From Nitrosopumilus sp. (GTDB lineage: Archaea; Thermoproteota; Nitrososphaeria; Nitrososphaerales; Nitrosopumilaceae): 64,000 nucleotides of DNA. Every line of letters begins with the position of its first letter. The stretch's first letter is position 1. The notes below the pieces were generated by a model, which saw only the letters and a program-made list of their open reading frames with translations, did no database searches and had not been told where the DNA came from. This document shows, piece after piece, positions 60,257 through 64,000 of this stretch. The position numbers were made by a program, and so were the translations under genes. The stretch is taken from the NCBI GenBank assembly GCA_965204345.1, contig OZ241981.1, positions 544,001-608,000 of the forward strand, in the 5' to 3' direction.

Positions 60257-61968
60257 TAGGAAGGTAGTATCATATCCGATAAAGAGGTTCCAGGAGCTAC
60301 AAATGGCAGTACGTCTTCTTCTGAATCAATGGGAATGTCAATTACTGTTGCAACATCGCTGCCTAGCGCAGTCTTAATTGCCTTCTCAAGTTCATCCATA
60401 GACTGTGCCCGAATTCCTTGTGCACCGTACGACTCGGCTAGTTTAACATAATCAGGACAGCTTTGCTGATCCACACCAATCATTCTTCGATCATAAAAAG
60501 TTCTCTGCCATTGAGCCACCATTCCCAATGAAGAATTGTTTAAGAGAAATACAATAACTGGAATATCCTCCAATACTGCAGTTGCAAGAGAGTTTTCAGT
60601 CATACTGAAACTCCCATCACCTGCAATATCTACAACCGGAACATCAGGTCTTGCCACCTTGGCACCAATGGCTGCAGGGAATCCCCAGCCCATAGTACCA
60701 AGTCCAGTAGAGCTAAAGAAGGTGCCAGGCTGAATGACGTCATAAAATAAAGAGGCCCACATTTGATGCTGTCCTACCTCAGTAGTTACGACGGATTCTT
60801 TAGGCAACAACTCACGAAGTTTACGTAAAATTTTAGCAGCGCCCATTTCGCCAGGATGAAGTTTCAGGTTCTCCTTCCAGTAGGCCTTGGTCTCTTTTAC
60901 ATGTTTGACCCAAGGGGTCTCTTCTGATTTTTTGATGGCTCGCTGTAAAAGCAGCTTTACCATTATTCGTAATGATGCACGGACATCGCCAACTACTGCA
61001 ACTTGGGCAGTCTGATTTTTACCAATCTCGGCAGGATCAACATCCATGTGAATAATTTTCAATCTTTTCTCAAACGCCTCAAATGTTCCAACAGATCTGT
61101 CAGAAAACCTAGTTCCTATGGCTAAAACACAGTCAGCTTCGGTCATCATTTTGTTAGCCTCTGCATGGCCATGCATTCCAATTGGACCCAAGGACAAAGG
61201 ATGGGTTTCTGGAAATGCGCCCTTGCCTTTGAAGGTTGTAACAACAGGCAGCATAAGCGTTTCAGCAACGGATTGCAATTCTGCAAAGGCCGATGAAATA
61301 ATCGTACCCCCGCCAGCTAGGATAATAGGTTTTTCAGCATGAAGCAGCATATCAATTGCTCTTTGAACGTTGACAATGTCAGGATCAGCCCAAGGATGAT
61401 AGCCTTGAATTTTAAATTCGTCAGGAAAAATCATTTCTGCTTCGTTGGTTTGAACATCTTTTGGAATGTCAATTAATACAGGCCCAGGCCTTCCGGTTTC
61501 TGCAATAAAAAATCCCTTTTTGACAACTTCGGGAACCTCAGCAGCAGTTCTTGGCTGAAATGCATACTTTACAACAGGGTTTGCCATCCCAATAATATCG
61601 CTTTCTTGAAATGCATCCTTTCCAATCATGTTGACAGAGACCTGTCCGGTTACGGCAACCATGGGAGCAGAATCGGCTTGTGCAGTTGCAATTCCAGTCA
61701 GGATGTTAGTGGCACCAGGCCCAGAAGTGGCAAAACACACCCCGGGTTTTCGACTTACCCTGCCAAAACCATCAGCCATATGAGCTGCGGATTGCTCATG
61801 CCTTACCAAAATATGTCTAATATCACAGCGTGCAAATTCATCATACATTGGGAGGTTTGCACCGCCAGGCAATCCAAACACTTGTCTGACGCCTTCCTTC
61901 TCCATAGCCGTCATCAGGGCCTTTGCACCAATCATGTTTTCCATTTTATTCATCAAATTTCTCTCCAT
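60256..61968 (-). CDS. ilvB: Acetolactate synthase large subunit
   Basis: FGLPGG, RHEQ, TSGPGATN and GDGS...NN TPP motif. Confidence 0.96.
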   Translation of the reverse strand: MERNLMNKMENMIGAKALMTAMEKEGVRQVFGLPGGANLPMYDEFARCDIRHILVRHEQSAAHMADGFGRVSRKPGVCFATSGPGATNILTGIATAQADSAPMVAVTGQVSVNMIGKDAFQESDIIGMANPVVKYAFQPRTAAEVPEVVKKGFFIAETGRPGPVLIDIPKDVQTNEAEMIFPDEFKIQGYHPWADPDIVNVQRAIDMLLHAEKPIILAGGGTIISSAFAELQSVAETLMLPVVTTFKGKGAFPETHPLSLGPIGMHGHAEANKMMTEADCVLAIGTRFSDRSVGTFEAFEKRLKIIHMDVDPAEIGKNQTAQVAVVGDVRASLRIMVKLLLQRAIKKSEETPWVKHVKETKAYWKENLKLHPGEMGAAKILRKLRELLPKESVVTTEVGQHQMWASLFYDVIQPGTFFSSTGLGTMGWGFPAAIGAKVARPDVPVVDIAGDGSFSMTENSLATAVLEDIPVIVFLLNNSSLGMVAQWQRTFYDRRMIGVDQQSCPDYVKLAESYGAQGIRAQSMDELEKAIKTALGSDVATVIDIPIDSEEDVLPFVAPGTSLSDMILPS

Positions 61969-61997
61969 AATTTTAAGCTAGTATAACAGAGTACACT

Positions 61998-62057
61998 CTA
62001 AAGAAAAACAACCACCGGCAATACATTGCCAAGTCTTCCTGTAAATTTTCTGCTCAT
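61998..62057 (-). CDS. Candidate leader peptide (uORF) of the ilvB-ilvN-leuA-leuB operon: MSRKFTGRLGNVLPVVVFL
   Basis: ATG ~22-30 nt downstream of TTTATTAA/TTATTAAT boxes; 7 of the last 11 codons are Val or Leu; overlaps a hairpin and a U-tract. Confidence 0.55.
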   Translation of the reverse strand: MSRKFTGRLGNVLPVVVFL

Positions 62058-62176
62058 TGAAATCAAAAAAAATAATCAATTAATAATTAATAAAGATTCT
62101 CAGAAAAATAATCGAGGGTTAGCCTCAATTATACAAAGACTTAAACCGATATTTTCCATATTTGAAATGAACCATT

Positions 62177-62581
62177 TTGGGCGATAATGAGGAAATAATC
62201 AAAACTGTTGAGGCATTATTTCAAGCAGGAGTAACCAAGGATCTAACAGCGTTAAAAAAAATTCACCTAAATGATTCCAAGTTTTCAAGTTTTAGTGATT
62301 TGCCGCCATATGATCTCAAAGACTATCAGACCACAATAGAGCTTGAGGAATTGCGATTTGTGAGCATATCAGATTATACATATGAGATAAAAAATCCAAA
62401 AATCAGCGTATTTGGAGACACGGCAGTTGTAGCTTTGGAATTAATTCAAAAAGGAATGCTAGTGGATAACAAGGCATTCACAGGAGAGCACATGATAATT
62501 ACCGGTAGAGCAACTTTTGTTCTAGTAAGGCAGCCAACATGGAAAATTGCACACATTCACTTGTCAAAAATTGACAGTTGA
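62177..62581 (+). CDS. NTF2-like (SnoaL/DUF4440-type) protein
   Basis: KISVFGDTAVV...GRATFVLV...WKIAHIHLS. Confidence 0.85.
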   Translation: MGDNEEIIKTVEALFQAGVTKDLTALKKIHLNDSKFSSFSDLPPYDLKDYQTTIELEELRFVSISDYTYEIKNPKISVFGDTAVVALELIQKGMLVDNKAFTGEHMIITGRATFVLVRQPTWKIAHIHLSKIDS

Positions 62582-62584
62582 GTT

Positions 62585-63865
62585 TTATTCCGGGTTGGGT
62601 TTTGGGTTATCGCTTGGTTTGTCTTGACTAGGATTGTTTTGTGGTTTTGGTTGGTTGTTTGATGTGTCTTGACTGGGATTGTTTTGTGGTTTTGGTTGGT
62701 TGTTTGATGTGTCTTGACTGGGATTGTTTTGTGGTTTTGGTTGGTTGTTTGATGTGTCTTGACTGGGATTGTTTTGTGGTTTTGGTTGGTTGTTTGATGT
62801 GTCTTGACTGGGATTGTTTTGTGGTTTTGGTTGGTTGTTTGATGTGTCTTGACTGGGATTGTTTTGTGGTTTTGGTTGGTTGTTTGATTTGTTCTGATTG
62901 TTTGGCTTGTTCTGATTGTTTGGCTTGTTCTGATTGTTTGGTTTGTTCTGATTGTTTGGTTTGTTCTGATTGTTTGGTTTGTTCTGATTGTTTGGTTTGT
63001 TCTGACTAGGATTGTTTTGTGGTTTCTTGTGATTGTTTGATTTATTCTGATTGGGATTGTTTCTTGGTTTCTTTTTTGATTCTTGACTAACCAATGTTTG
63101 GTATAATTTGAAGGCTTGATCAACATTTTGATTTTGGTGAACAATTGCTCTGACTGCCTTTATCATGGAAACAGGGTGTTCTGACTGCCAGATGTTTCTA
63201 CCCATATCTACACCTACAGCTCCACATTTGATTGCATTGTATGTTAATTGCAATGCCTCACGTTCTGAAATCTTTTTTCCACCTGCAACTATTATTGGGA
63301 CAGGACAAGATTGAACCACTTTTTCAAAATTATCACAATAGTAAGTTTTGACAACATGTGCACCTTGTTCAGCTGCTATCCTACACGCCAATGAAAGATA
63401 CCTTGCATCTTTGCCAAGTTCTTTTCCAACTGCAGTGACTGCCAGTACGGGCAGCCCGTATTTTTCAGCTTCGCTGACAAGTCTTCCAAGATTTACAATA
63501 GTCTGATATTCATATTTTGCACCAACAAAAATGGACATGGCAAGAGCGCTAGCATTTAGTCGGATTGCATCTTCAATGGATACGGTAATGTCTTCTTGAG
63601 ATAAATCACCTCCAATAATACTAGAACCGCCAGAAACTCTCAAAACCATAGGAGTATCAGTTGTTGCAGGTACAGATGATCTTTGAACGCCTCTTGTGAC
63701 CATTAAGGAATCACAATATTGCAAGAGGGGCTCGACTACTTTTTTAGGATTTTCTAATTTTTCAGTCGGACCAAGAAAATATCCATGGTCTACTGCCAGC
63801 ATTAATGCACGGCTATTTCGTGGTTTAATGATTCTAGCAAGCCTGTTTTTTAATCCCCAATCCAT
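62585..63865 (-). CDS. lsrF: LsrF-type class I (DhnA family) aldolase/thiolase with a ~165-aa N/Q/P/K repeat tail
   Basis: MDWGLKNRL, AVDHGYFLGP, VKTYY, AGGKK and DMGRNIWQ motifs. Confidence 0.88.
   Translation of the reverse strand: MDWGLKNRLARIIKPRNSRALMLAVDHGYFLGPTEKLENPKKVVEPLLQYCDSLMVTRGVQRSSVPATTDTPMVLRVSGGSSIIGGDLSQEDITVSIEDAIRLNASALAMSIFVGAKYEYQTIVNLGRLVSEAEKYGLPVLAVTAVGKELGKDARYLSLACRIAAEQGAHVVKTYYCDNFEKVVQSCPVPIIVAGGKKISEREALQLTYNAIKCGAVGVDMGRNIWQSEHPVSMIKAVRAIVHQNQNVDQAFKLYQTLVSQESKKKPRNNPNQNKSNNHKKPQNNPSQNKPNNQNKPNNQNKPNNQNKPNNQNKPNNQNKPNNQNKSNNQPKPQNNPSQDTSNNQPKPQNNPSQDTSNNQPKPQNNPSQDTSNNQPKPQNNPSQDTSNNQPKPQNNPSQDTSNNQPKPQNNPSQDKPSDNPKPNPE
62622..63005. repeat. In-frame tandem repeats: about 6 x 45 nt (SNNQPKPQNNPSQDT) and about 6 x 18 nt (NKPNNQ)
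   Basis: Directly visible; copies nearly identical. Confidence 0.97.
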
Positions 63866-64000
63866 ATTGCTTCGATTTTGAAAGAATGAAAATCCCTTCT
63901 TAAGCCTTTCTTATCTTGTAATAATGATTTTCATTGCGTTGCTACCACTATGTGCATGATCAAATGCTTTTTGAGAGTCAGAAATGGAATAAGTGTGAGT

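Noticed and set aside
62557-63144. Alternative-frame repeat ORFs (TNQTIR; VLVGCLMCLDWDCF), and the 45-nt array as a possible CRISPR
   Set aside because: Head-to-tail repeats without unique spacers, no cas genes, and in frame with lsrF.

Overview
64 kb of an archaeal chromosome. The gene set (smc, deoxyhypusine synthase, Alba, TFB, PAC2, PINA ATPase, archaeal aspS, cupredoxin, PEFG-CTERM remnant) points to a Nitrosopumilus-like ammonia-oxidising thaumarchaeon; the taxon is inferred. From left to right: (1) housekeeping block, 1-9.6 kb; (2) stress/dormancy cluster, 9.7-19.8 kb, with P-II, TFB, Hsp20, RHH and wHTH regulators, an APC permease, 3 USPs plus 1 USP pseudogene, 3 CBS proteins and an HPF-like protein, carrying 8 copies of an unannotated palindrome AWWWTCA-N4-TGAGAAT, mostly about 10 bp upstream of TATA-like boxes; (3) AT-rich two-module island, 20.0-25.2 kb, bounded by direct repeats at the 3' end of a TauE gene, with a HipA-like kinase/DUF3037 pair and hicBA, both toxins disrupted; (4) core genes, 25-38 kb; (5) a 17.5 kb gene for a 5819-aa secreted Ig/cadherin-like repeat protein with two HFS-type candidate autoproteolysis domains, flanked by pieces of an IS6-like MITE; (6) ilvB-ilvN-leuA-leuB preceded by a candidate Val/Leu-rich leader peptide with hairpins, then an NTF2-like gene and an LsrF-type aldolase with a long N/Q repeat tail. 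No rRNA, tRNA or CRISPR array was recognised. All calls come from reading motifs by eye; no searches were run.
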